Shown here: positions 10,760 through 19,983 of the stretch, in pieces | How the letters are laid out: every line of letters begins with the position of its first letter | Numbering within the stretch: the first letter of the stretch is position 1 | Source of the DNA: Nitrospirota bacterium | Lineage (GTDB): Bacteria; Nitrospirota; Thermodesulfovibrionia; Thermodesulfovibrionales; Dissulfurispiraceae | Direction of reading: 5' to 3' | Assembly: GCA_963790025.1 (NCBI GenBank) | Contig: CAWBMP010000004.1 | Coordinates: 544,001 to 608,000, forward strand | Length of the DNA: 64,000 nucleotides | Position numbers and translations under genes: made by a program | The notes under the pieces: model-generated | Seen by the model: only the letters and a program-made list of their open reading frames with translations | The model's database searches: none | What the model was told of the DNA's origin: nothing

Positions 10760-11353
10760 CTATGAACTATAATGCTGCCTGTTGACAAATTTGAGCACAA
10801 AATATCCTCCTATGAAGAGTATGCTTATAGTCGAAGCTATAAAGACAAGATTTCTCATATTGATTCCAATATCCTGCAGGCTGTGACCTCCCGCGTAGCC
10901 GACAGCGACCCATGCAGCAATTGTAAACAGGGAGGTGAAGGCGTCTGTCAAAATGAATTTCAGGCGCGGCATTTTCATAATACCGGAGGCGAGTATTATT
11001 TGAACTCTGATTCCTATTAAATGTCTTCCGAACAATATAATGAGAATGCCGTGTCTATGGAATTTTTTTTCAATTTCGAATAGTTTGGAAGGCGGCAATA
11101 ACCTATTAAACCACCTGTGAGTAATTGCCATGCGCCCATATTTTCTGCCAAAAGTGTAAATCACATAATCAGCTATGACTATCCCGGCAAAAACGACAAT
11201 CAACGCCTGCACAGGCTTTATCACATCAACTTGTATCAACAGGCCACATAGAATGAGAGTAGCATCCTCAGGGAAAAAAGGTATGCCCACCCCTCCCAGC
11301 AGGAGCAATACAAAGAGTCCGATATACGGAGAATCAGCTAGTATCGATAAAAT
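10760..11353 (-). CDS. DedA family membrane protein; start uncertain (ATT 11353 or TTG 11308)
   Basis: GIPFFPEDATLILCG, ADYVIYTFGR, FGRHLIGIR; no in-frame ATG upstream. Confidence 0.85.
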   Translation of the reverse strand: MLSILADSPYIGLFVLLLLGGVGIPFFPEDATLILCGLLIQVDVIKPVQALIVVFAGIVIADYVIYTFGRKYGRMAITHRWFNRLLPPSKLFEIEKKFHRHGILIILFGRHLIGIRVQIILASGIMKMPRLKFILTDAFTSLFTIAAWVAVGYAGGHSLQDIGINMRNLVFIASTISILFIGGYFVLKFVNRQHYSS

Positions 11354-11474
11354 ATGCTTGCCCCTCTCATTCCTATTTTTTCATTATCTTGCGAGCTGAC
11401 TTGATCATCGACCAGCAGCACTTTTTTATGTCTTATGTTTACTCGCAAAAACCTCCCCGAAACGTTTTTTGCCT

Positions 11475-12185
11475 TTAAACTTCTTTCTTGATCTTTGATT
11501 TTTTCATATTGAGGCCTATACCCTCGAATACGTAAAATATCCCGAAGCCCCACCATACTGTGTAAAGCACATAAAACAGAAGCAGTCCCGTTAGAAGCAC
11601 GGCATGTTCGCTGACTTTTTGACCGTCGATTTTATAAAAGTTATAGGCCGGCTCAACTGCCTTCTTGTTGACTTCACCGACTGCCTTTGACTCCTCTATA
11701 TGTTTGTCTTTCTTCAGCGCCTTTTCGATTGACGCCAGCCCCTGCCACCAATCCTTCATGACTTTTGTTTCACTGTACCCATAGCGATCGGAAACAGCCT
11801 TGCCGTCATTTTTGTACATCGCGTCCGAATCCTTCAGCACGCTTTGCAGCACGACGCCAAGATCTCCGCTCATTTTAAGTGTCCCTTGTTTTACCTCGAC
11901 CGCGGCGCCGGCCCCCGTCAGGAGCTTCGCTATCCTGGCTGCATCATCGGTTTTTTCAAGCTTTATAGTCGTTGCAAACTGCTTACCGTTGAATTCGGCA
12001 GCATTCTTTGCCATCCTGGGTATGAAATAAGAAGATCCTTTCGCAAGTCTGTTAAAGGTGTCGTCCGCGAATTGCAGCCCGTTTTTCCCGTCAAATAAAG
12101 GGGAGAAAATCAGCAGCAGGACAGCTAAAAAAGACATCATTAAAAGAAGCCCGGTCCAAAACCGTTTCTTGCTGCGAATCAGCAT
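11475..12185 (-). CDS. Hypothetical membrane protein (N- and C-terminal TM helices), putative partner of the TauE transporter
   Basis: Hydrophobic termini; translationally coupled to the upstream TauE gene. Confidence 0.75.
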   Translation of the reverse strand: MLIRSKKRFWTGLLLMMSFLAVLLLIFSPLFDGKNGLQFADDTFNRLAKGSSYFIPRMAKNAAEFNGKQFATTIKLEKTDDAARIAKLLTGAGAAVEVKQGTLKMSGDLGVVLQSVLKDSDAMYKNDGKAVSDRYGYSETKVMKDWWQGLASIEKALKKDKHIEESKAVGEVNKKAVEPAYNFYKIDGQKVSEHAVLLTGLLLFYVLYTVWWGFGIFYVFEGIGLNMKKSKIKKEV

Positions 12186-12186
12186 G

Positions 12187-13470
12187 TTACACCTCCTTTT
12201 TAATCAAGGGGACTTTTACGTATTCATCTTCGCCCCTCAGTTTACTTATATTCATTAAAAACTTCCCGATCACCCACACGGTAAACACACCTACCACTAT
12301 CCAGAACAAAACGTTCCCCGCTGACTCGATCATCTTGACCGTAGTTTTTGAGACACTGATCATTTCGAACTCTACCAGTTTCTTCGGCAGTGTTGCGGCC
12401 CTGTTGACAAAGCCCGCAAGGATCGTTACCGCATAGAAACCCCTGATGTGGATACCTTTGACTACCTTCGTTGTCAGGGCCCCGATCTGGATGCCTATCA
12501 GTGAGCCCAGAAGCATACCCATTGCCAGCGTATAGAATACGTACCCGTAAATGGCGTATTGCACTATTGATCCGACACCTGCTGTGAAGATGATCTGAAG
12601 GATATCGGTCCCTACTGTCGTCATCGAGGAAACACCGAAAACGTACACAAACATCGGGAATGTGACAAAGCCGCCTCCCATGCCCATTACCGAAGCCAGC
12701 AAGCCCACTATAACACCGCCAAGGGCCACGACTACGGCGGAGATTTGCCTGCCTCCAGGCACAAAGTCTTCATCAAAAGTAATTGAGGGCGGGATTTTTA
12801 ACCTCTGCACATTTATTGCAAGGCCGGTAAGCCCTGACGTCCCGCCATGGGCATCGACAACTTGCTTCGACCTGGTCGATTTCCAGAAGTCCGAAAGCGC
12901 ATAGAACCCCAGAAATCCCAGAACTATTGCATAGACAATGCTGATAAAAAAATCGCTTAGATTAGGATCATAGGTGTAGATCGCCTTGTTTATATAGCCG
13001 CCTATGAAGGTGCCCCCAACGGAACCAACCAGAAATGCGATTGCCAGTTTCCCCGAAACGTTGCCCAGCTTCTTGTGAACTGCAGTCCCCATGATCGCTT
13101 TTGCAAATATATGGAAAAGGTCTGTTCCTACGGCCAGAATCCCCTTGACTCCGGCAGCCATCAGCGCAGGGGTTATAACAAATCCGCCTCCCGCTCCTAT
13201 ACAGCCCGTGATCAGGCCTGCACACAGCCCAATGGCAATAGAAACAACAAAGATGTACGTGGAATAGAATGAGGGCGCATAGGCTTCCTTGCCGCCGATC
13301 ATGTCTGATGCCGCAGCAAAACCCACTACCAGGATCGGAACCAGCATAGCTAATAAGACAAGAAGCTTTTTCCTGTTTCTTATTATGCTCAAGGAAGTTT
13401 CGATCTCCCACCGGGCATGGGCCTGGGCACCCATCTTTAGAAATTCGAAAACCTGTCTCGGAATACTCAT
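12187..13470 (-). CDS. Sulfite exporter TauE/SafE family membrane protein
   Basis: Two repeats: GCIGAGGGFVITP...AVGTD and SVMGMGGGFVTFP...TVGTD. Confidence 0.88.
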   Translation of the reverse strand: MSIPRQVFEFLKMGAQAHARWEIETSLSIIRNRKKLLVLLAMLVPILVVGFAAASDMIGGKEAYAPSFYSTYIFVVSIAIGLCAGLITGCIGAGGGFVITPALMAAGVKGILAVGTDLFHIFAKAIMGTAVHKKLGNVSGKLAIAFLVGSVGGTFIGGYINKAIYTYDPNLSDFFISIVYAIVLGFLGFYALSDFWKSTRSKQVVDAHGGTSGLTGLAINVQRLKIPPSITFDEDFVPGGRQISAVVVALGGVIVGLLASVMGMGGGFVTFPMFVYVFGVSSMTTVGTDILQIIFTAGVGSIVQYAIYGYVFYTLAMGMLLGSLIGIQIGALTTKVVKGIHIRGFYAVTILAGFVNRAATLPKKLVEFEMISVSKTTVKMIESAGNVLFWIVVGVFTVWVIGKFLMNISKLRGEDEYVKVPLIKKEV

Positions 13471-13509
13471 TATATACTCCTCCTCATTAAACGAGATGCT
13501 TATCCATGT

Positions 13510-14328
13510 TCACAGCGCAACGGCCTGCTGAGGTTTTTCGATTTTCGTCCAGTACGCCTCCTTGATCTTCCCGGCCAGCATATCGATGTCGGCAGGCTTG
13601 TTGACGAAATCAAAGGCGCCAAGCTTTGCCGCCTCCTCCCTGTCGCCCTTGGTCTCCCTTCCAGAGAGCATGATAACCTGCATGGCGGGGGAGGATTGTT
13701 TTACCCTCCTCAGCACCTCAATTCCATCCATCCCCGGCATTCTCAAATCCAGGATCATGATGTCCGGCTTCTCTCTTTGGACAAAACCAATCGTCTCCTC
13801 TCCGCTCGTCGCAACATCTGTCTTCAGGTTCCTCAGGTTCAGCCTCTTTGCAAGAGAGGTCACAAATTCGACCTCGTCATCGACAAGAAGAATCTTGAAG
13901 GTCGAGAAATCGCTTGGGACAATGGAGACACTGCACGGAGCGCGCCTCCCGATTTCTGCATACTTTTCAGGGATGAGGATCAGCTCGATCCTATTTTCCT
14001 TTGCGTACTTGACAAACTCTTCCTCGGGAATGCCATCCATGGTGGTGAAGCTCACTCTTATCCCTTTCCCCACTTCAGCAATGATCTTCTCCGCTTCAGA
14101 CAGGTAATAGGAAAGCTCACGTCGTGCGGTTTCCTCAGCGTTGAACCCCGCATACTCAGTAATAAGGGCACTGTCGAGCACATGGATGACGTGAAGCTCG
14201 CCGCCCGTCGTCTTCGCCCTGAACAATCCATACCTCACAACGTCCTTCGAATTCAACGTGCCATCATAGACCGCCAATATCCTCATGTCAACCTCCTTTA
14301 AGCACCGCTTTGTGGCAAATCGGGCCAC
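13510..14328 (-). CDS. Universal-stress-protein domain fused to a receiver domain (start probably MRILAVYDG)
   Basis: ILAVYDGT...LHVIHV...APCSVSIVP (USP) then ILLVDDE...DLRMPGMDG...KP (REC). Confidence 0.85.
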   Translation of the reverse strand: MARFATKRCLKEVDMRILAVYDGTLNSKDVVRYGLFRAKTTGGELHVIHVLDSALITEYAGFNAEETARRELSYYLSEAEKIIAEVGKGIRVSFTTMDGIPEEEFVKYAKENRIELILIPEKYAEIGRRAPCSVSIVPSDFSTFKILLVDDEVEFVTSLAKRLNLRNLKTDVATSGEETIGFVQREKPDIMILDLRMPGMDGIEVLRRVKQSSPAMQVIMLSGRETKGDREEAAKLGAFDFVNKPADIDMLAGKIKEAYWTKIEKPQQAVAL

Positions 14329-14416
14329 TTATTGTCCCAGCCGCAATTGCCCTTAAATTCAAATTCCATCTCATCATCAACAATAAGCACCTTTGTCTGC
14401 ACCATAAAACCTCCGT

Positions 14417-16174
14417 TTACCCAATCTCCTTGTGGACGGGTATCTCAATCAAAAACAATGTTCCCTTCCCCTCCTCGGTCTCCACTGTTATCGTCCCCCC
14501 GAGTCTGGTTATGATGCCGTAGGATATGGAGAGACCGAGACCCGTCCCTTTTCCTTTCTCTTTTGTCGTGTAGAATGGCTCGAATATATGCTTCAGTACA
14601 TCCCTGGGCATACCGGGACCATCATCTTTTATGGTGACGCGTACTGTATCTTTGTCCTTAAGCTCGGTCCCTACGTCAATCAGCCCTCCGTTTTTAACGG
14701 CGTCAACGGCATTGTTGATAATATTCAGAAACACCTGCTGGAGCTGTCCCTTATCGCTCAGCACCAGCGGAATGTTATCTCCGAGATGCACGTAAAGGCG
14801 GACATTTCTATATAGCATCTCCCGCTCGACGAACCCCAGGACCTCCGTTATCGTTTCATTGATATCAGTCTCCATCGGTGTAACGTCCATCCTCCTGGCA
14901 AATCCCAGGAGGCGATGGGTGATCGTTCTGCAGCGGTTCAGACTGTCAGAAATCCCTTTTATCTGAGCAATAAAATTCTCCTTGTTGGGAAAGTCCCCTG
15001 ACATCCCGAGGATATCTTTCATAAGTCCTGCTTTCTCATTGATGATCGCCAGAGGGTTGTTGATCTCATGCGCAACGCCGGCTGCAAGCCTACCGATTGA
15101 CGCGAGCTTCCCGGCGTGCTCTGTCTCGGCGATCGCTTCCTCCCTCTTTTGCTCCGCCTCCCTGATCCAGTTCACCGCGGTGAAGGATATGCGCAGGTTT
15201 ACGATGATACCGATCACGATGAGCGCCCCGATAAGATAAATCACCCCGAGCCCGCTTCGGAAAATTCCGAAGAGCTTTGAATATGCCGTCGACTTGATGA
15301 CGACGCCCAGGAACCATGGGGAGTTCCGTATCGGGGCATACCCCAGGATGAAGCGGCTCTGATCGGCCACTATCATTTCGGTAAGAAAAACCCGCTGTTG
15401 GGGTACCGGCATAGGCAGAACGACCTTTTCAAGCACGCGGCCATGGGACCGCGAAGGGGTTTGAAGGGTCCCCTCCCGATTGATAATGAACGCATCGTCG
15501 TCCTGCTTGATATTGATTGTCGACAAATACCTGTGCAGCGTCTCAACGTCTATCGTGGCCCTCAGAATCCAGAAAGTATCTTTCCCGGGGATCTCTCTCC
15601 GTACCGCTATCGCGAAATGAGGGATCTTACGATATCCCATGAAGACTTCGCTGATGTAGACCCCCCTCACCGTAGCCTCATTAAACCAGTCCTGGCCTGA
15701 ATAATCTTTCCCCTGGAGCTGGTACGGGCCTGCATACGAGCGCTGGATACCTTTTGCATCGATTACTCCGAGGTCGACAAGCTCTCCGAATTCATTCTTG
15801 AAATTGACAAACAGGGAATAAAGCACTTTCTTATCGGACACCTGGTCGTAGGTGTAGGTCGCCGAAAGGAACCGAAGGACAGCGAGTTTCTCTTCCAGGA
15901 GGAACCCTACGGATTGTGAGGTGCTCTCCAGCTGCCACTCAACCTGATTGTTGATGTCTTCTTTCACATTACTTTTCAGCCAGAGAAAACTGGCGATTGT
16001 GACGATGATGAGCGGGACGCCGGCGAGCATACCGATGAGCAGAAATATCTTGATCTTAAGGCTTTTGTACCTGTCTTTCGTCAGGAACAAGACAGGGTCG
16101 TCAGCCAGATCGTGAAAGCCAAAGACCTTACAACAACCGACAAACCATTCCTTTATTTTTCCTGCAAACAACAT
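14417..16174 (-). CDS. Sensor histidine kinase with Cache-type extracytoplasmic domain
   Basis: Two TM helices, AHEINNPL H-box, QVFLNIINNA, DDGPGM, GTGLGL. Confidence 0.93.
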   Translation of the reverse strand: MLFAGKIKEWFVGCCKVFGFHDLADDPVLFLTKDRYKSLKIKIFLLIGMLAGVPLIIVTIASFLWLKSNVKEDINNQVEWQLESTSQSVGFLLEEKLAVLRFLSATYTYDQVSDKKVLYSLFVNFKNEFGELVDLGVIDAKGIQRSYAGPYQLQGKDYSGQDWFNEATVRGVYISEVFMGYRKIPHFAIAVRREIPGKDTFWILRATIDVETLHRYLSTINIKQDDDAFIINREGTLQTPSRSHGRVLEKVVLPMPVPQQRVFLTEMIVADQSRFILGYAPIRNSPWFLGVVIKSTAYSKLFGIFRSGLGVIYLIGALIVIGIIVNLRISFTAVNWIREAEQKREEAIAETEHAGKLASIGRLAAGVAHEINNPLAIINEKAGLMKDILGMSGDFPNKENFIAQIKGISDSLNRCRTITHRLLGFARRMDVTPMETDINETITEVLGFVEREMLYRNVRLYVHLGDNIPLVLSDKGQLQQVFLNIINNAVDAVKNGGLIDVGTELKDKDTVRVTIKDDGPGMPRDVLKHIFEPFYTTKEKGKGTGLGLSISYGIITRLGGTITVETEEGKGTLFLIEIPVHKEIG

Positions 16175-16470
16175 AGTCCTCTCTTGTTAGTCTCGCCTGC
16201 ATTAACACATTCCTTTGCAAAAGCTGATTCGGGACGGATGGCGTCTGCTCGACTTTAGACAAACCGGGATCAACCTGACACCGCTTCGCTTTGAGCCGTG
16301 CTCCAATTCAAGGTGGTGGCTTCGGACCACCACCTTGACCACAGGGTCGCTTAGCGCTCCTTGGAAACTCACCTTATGATAAGTAAAAGCTATACCAGTA
16401 AGGTTTATCAATCAGGAATATGGAAGCACGAAGTCAGGAAATTCCTGATCCGGATAATTCATGGACCTGA

Positions 16471-16546
16471 GATATGTGGGCAGTGCGTTACCGGCCCGCA
16501 CTGAAAAACTCAGGTGGTCCGGAGCAAAAACAAACTGACCCATTGC
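16471..16546 (-). mobile_element. Degenerate partial copy of the 26429-26607 MITE-like element
   Basis: Reverse complement GCAATGGGTCAGTTTGTTTTTGCTCCGGACCACCTGAG...GCCCACATATC aligns by eye to the left part of the full element. Confidence 0.75.
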
Positions 16547-16596
16547 AGGCTTTACTTATAGCCGGATTAGTAATATATAATATGGACATCAACTAT

Positions 16597-16818
16597 ATGG
16601 CTAAGAAACCAAAAGGAAAAATTGTTATAGATAAGGAACTGTGCAAGGGGTGCCGGTATTGCATAGAGGCATGCCCGAAAGGTTCCATCGTTGTTGATAC
16701 CAAGTTCAACAGTGTGGGCTGCTTTCCAGTAGATTTTTCACATCCTGAGCAATGCACCGGCTGTGCCATGTGCGCCTGGATGTGCCCTGAAATAGCAATC
16801 GAAGTCTGGCGCGAATAG
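16597..16818 (+). CDS. 2x[4Fe-4S] ferredoxin resembling a 2-oxoacid:ferredoxin oxidoreductase delta subunit
   Basis: CKGCRYCIEACP and CTGCAMCAWMCPEIAIEV; start placed at MAKKPKG (ATG 16597). Confidence 0.9.
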   Translation: MAKKPKGKIVIDKELCKGCRYCIEACPKGSIVVDTKFNSVGCFPVDFSHPEQCTGCAMCAWMCPEIAIEVWRE

Positions 16819-16929
16819 CGTGCGGCGTATTGCGTACAACGTTCTGCGTAAAAAAAGTACTTCTGCCTTGAACGCAGTACACAGAACGCAGTACGCTGAA
16901 CATATAAAAAAAGCGACGGGAGGTGTCGT

Positions 16930-17145
16930 ATGGCTAAAAAAGTATTGATTTTTGGAAAAGCCGGTTGACCCTTTACTGAGAAGGCCGTTTCGGCTTTCGG
17001 GAACAGTGCAGATTATTTCGATGTCAAGGCTGATGAAACAAAAATGGAAGAAATGCTGAGGTATTCAGGAGGAGTCAGGAAGGTGCCGGTCGTAGTTGAA
17101 AACGGGAAGGCCGTTGTCGGCTACGGAGGCTCATGAGGGGTTTGA
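16930..17145 (+). CDS. Glutaredoxin-like selenoprotein, UXX-star type, 71 aa, Sec at codons 13 and 69
   Basis: MAKKVLIFGKAG-U-PFTEKAVSAFGNSADYFDVKADETKMEEMLRYSGGVRKVPVVVENGKAVVGYGGS-U-GV*; SD GGGAGG; in-frame TGA at 16966-16968 and 17134-17136. Confidence 0.9.
16980..16998 (+). promoter_or_regulatory. Candidate SECIS hairpin for the first UGA
   Basis: GAAGGCCG-TTT-CGGCTTTC, 11 nt after TGA 16966-16968. Confidence 0.7.
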
Positions 17146-17147
17146 TC

Positions 17148-17164
17148 GCCGGTCGTGTACCGGC
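17148..17164 (+). promoter_or_regulatory. Candidate SECIS hairpin for the second UGA, lying in the 3' UTR
   Basis: GCCGGT-CGTGT-ACCGGC, 11 nt after TGA 17134-17136. Confidence 0.7.
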
Positions 17165-17186
17165 ACAAGAGTAAATGAGTAAATGA

Positions 17187-18569
17187 GTGAATGGGTTAAT
17201 GGGTAAAAAAGCTAGAAGGTTAAGATTTTACTCGAATACTCATATACTCATTTTCTCATATACTTTATTGTTGTGTCTTTTTCCTGTGACGTTGCATGCC
17301 TCCATTACAGACGCCACAAAAGAGTTTACGCTCAGGAACGGTCTTAAAGTACTGGTCGTTGAAGACCACAAGGCCCCGGTAATAACATTTCAGGTGTGGT
17401 ACAGAATAGGTTCACGCTACGAGTCTATCGGCAAGACCGGCCTGAGTCATTTCCTGGAACACATGATGTTTAAGGGGACGCCGGAATTCGGTCCCAAAAC
17501 ATTTTCAAATATTATCCAGCGCAATGGCGGCACCGACAATGCCTTTACAACAAAGGAATACACCGTCTACTTCGAATCGATCTCATCAGACAGAGTAAGT
17601 ATTCCCATAGAACTCGAATCCGACAGAATGACAAACCTTCTCCTCGCTCCTAAAGAGGTATCATCCGAACGGAATGTGGTCATGGAGGAGCGGCGTATGC
17701 GGTACGATGACAACCCTCAGAACTTGCTTGAAGAGGAAGTGACGGCCCTCGCCTTCAGCGCGCATCCCTACCGGTGGCCCGTTATCGGATGGATGTCTGA
17801 CATCACCGGACTCAGCAGGGACGACCTTTACCGTCACTACAAACAAAACTATTCGCCGGACAATGCCTTTATTGTTATTGCAGGGGATGTTAATACCGGT
17901 ACGCTATTGCCTCAGCTCGACAAATATTTCGGCGCAATCGCCCCTTCCGGGAAGAGGCCGGCTGAAGTACCCACAAAGGAACCCAGGCAACAAGGCGAGA
18001 AAAGGATAAATCTGAGGAAAGAACCGGTACAACTCCCGTTTATTCTTATTGCATACCATGTCCCTTCCTTCCCCAATGAGGACAGTTTTGCCCTTGATGT
18101 ATTGTCCACCATCCTTTCAGGAGGGAAAAGCTCGCGGCTTTACCTGGACCTGGTATACGAAAAGAGAATGGCCCTCAGCGCTTTTGCCGATTACAGCGGC
18201 TTCTACAAAGATCCGTTCCTTTTTACCCTGGGCGCGAACGCTCCACCGGGCAAAGACATCAGTGAGTTGGAAAAACTCCTGTACGATCAGATCGACAATA
18301 TTAAAAAAGCCCCTCCGTCGGAACGGGAAATGCAAAAGGCTAAAAACCAGATAGAGGCTTCATTTATTTTTGCCCAGGATTCCAACTATTCAAAAGCACA
18401 TTATACGGGGCTGTTTGAAATTCAGGGGGGATGGAGGCTTATGGACGCCTATCTCCAAGGGATCAGGAAAGTAAAATCTTCCGATGTTCAGGCCGTGGCG
18501 AAAAAATACTTCGTCACGGACAATAAGACGGTGGGTATTTTACTGCCCGGCAGGAGAAGTGAGCAATGA
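17187..18569 (+). CDS. Exported M16B zinc peptidase, catalytic subunit (start probably ATG 17199)
   Basis: Signal peptide ending TLHA, HFLEH motif, NAFTT, EERRMR. Confidence 0.9.
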   Translation: MNGLMGKKARRLRFYSNTHILIFSYTLLLCLFPVTLHASITDATKEFTLRNGLKVLVVEDHKAPVITFQVWYRIGSRYESIGKTGLSHFLEHMMFKGTPEFGPKTFSNIIQRNGGTDNAFTTKEYTVYFESISSDRVSIPIELESDRMTNLLLAPKEVSSERNVVMEERRMRYDDNPQNLLEEEVTALAFSAHPYRWPVIGWMSDITGLSRDDLYRHYKQNYSPDNAFIVIAGDVNTGTLLPQLDKYFGAIAPSGKRPAEVPTKEPRQQGEKRINLRKEPVQLPFILIAYHVPSFPNEDSFALDVLSTILSGGKSSRLYLDLVYEKRMALSAFADYSGFYKDPFLFTLGANAPPGKDISELEKLLYDQIDNIKKAPPSEREMQKAKNQIEASFIFAQDSNYSKAHYTGLFEIQGGWRLMDAYLQGIRKVKSSDVQAVAKKYFVTDNKTVGILLPGRRSEQ

Positions 18570-19900
18570 CAATGCGTGCAACATTCTGCATAGTGCTTCT
18601 TTCTATCTGCATCCATGTCACCGGTGCTCGTGCCATGGAGGTGAAGAAATATACCGGACCAAATGGTCTTTTGGTGGTACAGGTTGAACAGCACTCCCTC
18701 CCCATAGTAATGGCCACGCTCCTTATAAAGGCATCTCCCCTGGATGAGCAGCCGGATAAAGCAGGGGTTGCGAACCTGACATCGAAAATGCTTACCGAAG
18801 GTACGGTACAAAAAAGTGCCGCCGAACTGAATGAGGACATTGAATTCCTCGGAGCGTCCCTGGAAACAGCGACAAATTATGACTATACTACAGTCTCGCT
18901 CTCAGTTCTCAAAAAAGATATTGATACAGGATTCGCATTATTTTCAGACGTAGTACTGAACCCCGCTTTCAAAGAGGATGATCTCAAGAGAAAAAAGGAC
19001 CTGGTCCTGGGCGCTTTTAAGCAGAAAGAGGAAGAGCCATCCTTCGTTGCAAAAAAGGCGTTCCTTCAAGGTGTCTTTGGGACCCATGCTTACGGCAGGC
19101 CAGTTGAAGGGGATGAGGCCACGGTCAAGGGCTTGAATAGGGAAGATGTCGCGCATTTTTATCACATGCATTATTTGCCGGGAAATGCGGTCCTCTGCGT
19201 AGTTGGAGACCTGACAACCGGAGAACTTGATGCATTAATAAAAAAATACTTCTCCCCCTGGCAAGGTCATGCGGCACAACATGCCGTTTCTCCGCATAAA
19301 GAAAAAACGACTATTGGAATAACAGGCGTAAAACGCGTCCTGATCAACAGGGCTATCAGCCAGGCAAACATAATACTCGGCCATAAAGGAATCGCGCGTG
19401 ACAATCCTGATTATTATGCCGTGACCGTTATGAACTATATTCTCGGCGGCGGTGGCTTCGCCTCACGTCTTATGAAGGTCGAAAGAGAAGAGATGGGTCT
19501 CACATACAACATCCGCAGTTCCTTTGCGGCCAATAAGGAACCGGGGCAGTTCGAAGTGGAAGTCCAGACAAAAAACGAGTCTGGAGGTACCGTTGTTGAG
19601 GAGACGCTCGGGCAGATAAGAAAGATCCGGTCGGGACCTGTTTCAGATCAGGAACTCGCAGATGCCAAGGCATACCTGACAGGAAGCTTTCCGCTAAGAC
19701 TTGAGACCAGCAGAAGGGTCGCAGACTTCCTGGCTGCAGTCCAGTTCTATGGTCTTGGCGATGATTACATCCGGAAATATCCCGCCTATATAAATAGCGT
19801 CACAAAAGAGGAGGTGCTGAGAGTAGCAAATAAATATCTGAATACGGAAAACTACGTATTGGTCATTGTCGGAAACCAGAAAGAAATAAGTAAAAAGTAA
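18566..19900 (+). CDS. Exported M16B peptidase, non-catalytic partner subunit
   Basis: Signal peptide, no HxxEH (GVANLTSKML instead), GGGGFASRL; ATGA overlap with the upstream gene. Confidence 0.88.
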   Translation: MTMRATFCIVLLSICIHVTGARAMEVKKYTGPNGLLVVQVEQHSLPIVMATLLIKASPLDEQPDKAGVANLTSKMLTEGTVQKSAAELNEDIEFLGASLETATNYDYTTVSLSVLKKDIDTGFALFSDVVLNPAFKEDDLKRKKDLVLGAFKQKEEEPSFVAKKAFLQGVFGTHAYGRPVEGDEATVKGLNREDVAHFYHMHYLPGNAVLCVVGDLTTGELDALIKKYFSPWQGHAAQHAVSPHKEKTTIGITGVKRVLINRAISQANIILGHKGIARDNPDYYAVTVMNYILGGGGFASRLMKVEREEMGLTYNIRSSFAANKEPGQFEVEVQTKNESGGTVVEETLGQIRKIRSGPVSDQELADAKAYLTGSFPLRLETSRRVADFLAAVQFYGLGDDYIRKYPAYINSVTKEEVLRVANKYLNTENYVLVIVGNQKEISKK

Positions 19901-19982
19901 AAGGTAAGAAGCAAAGACAAACAGATAATAGTTTCTTTTGTTGTTTTAACTTTTTACTTTTCACTTTTTACTTTTTTACTTG
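19890..19982. repeat. 7-nt tandem repeats in two inverted blocks between convergent genes
   Basis: GTAAAAA/GTAAAAG units, then CTTTTTA/CTTTTCA units. Confidence 0.7.
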
Positions 19983-19983
19983 A

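Noticed and set aside
16474..16596. N-terminal extension of the ferredoxin ORF
   Set aside because: It is translated from the MITE remnant; the domain starts at MAKKPKG (16597).
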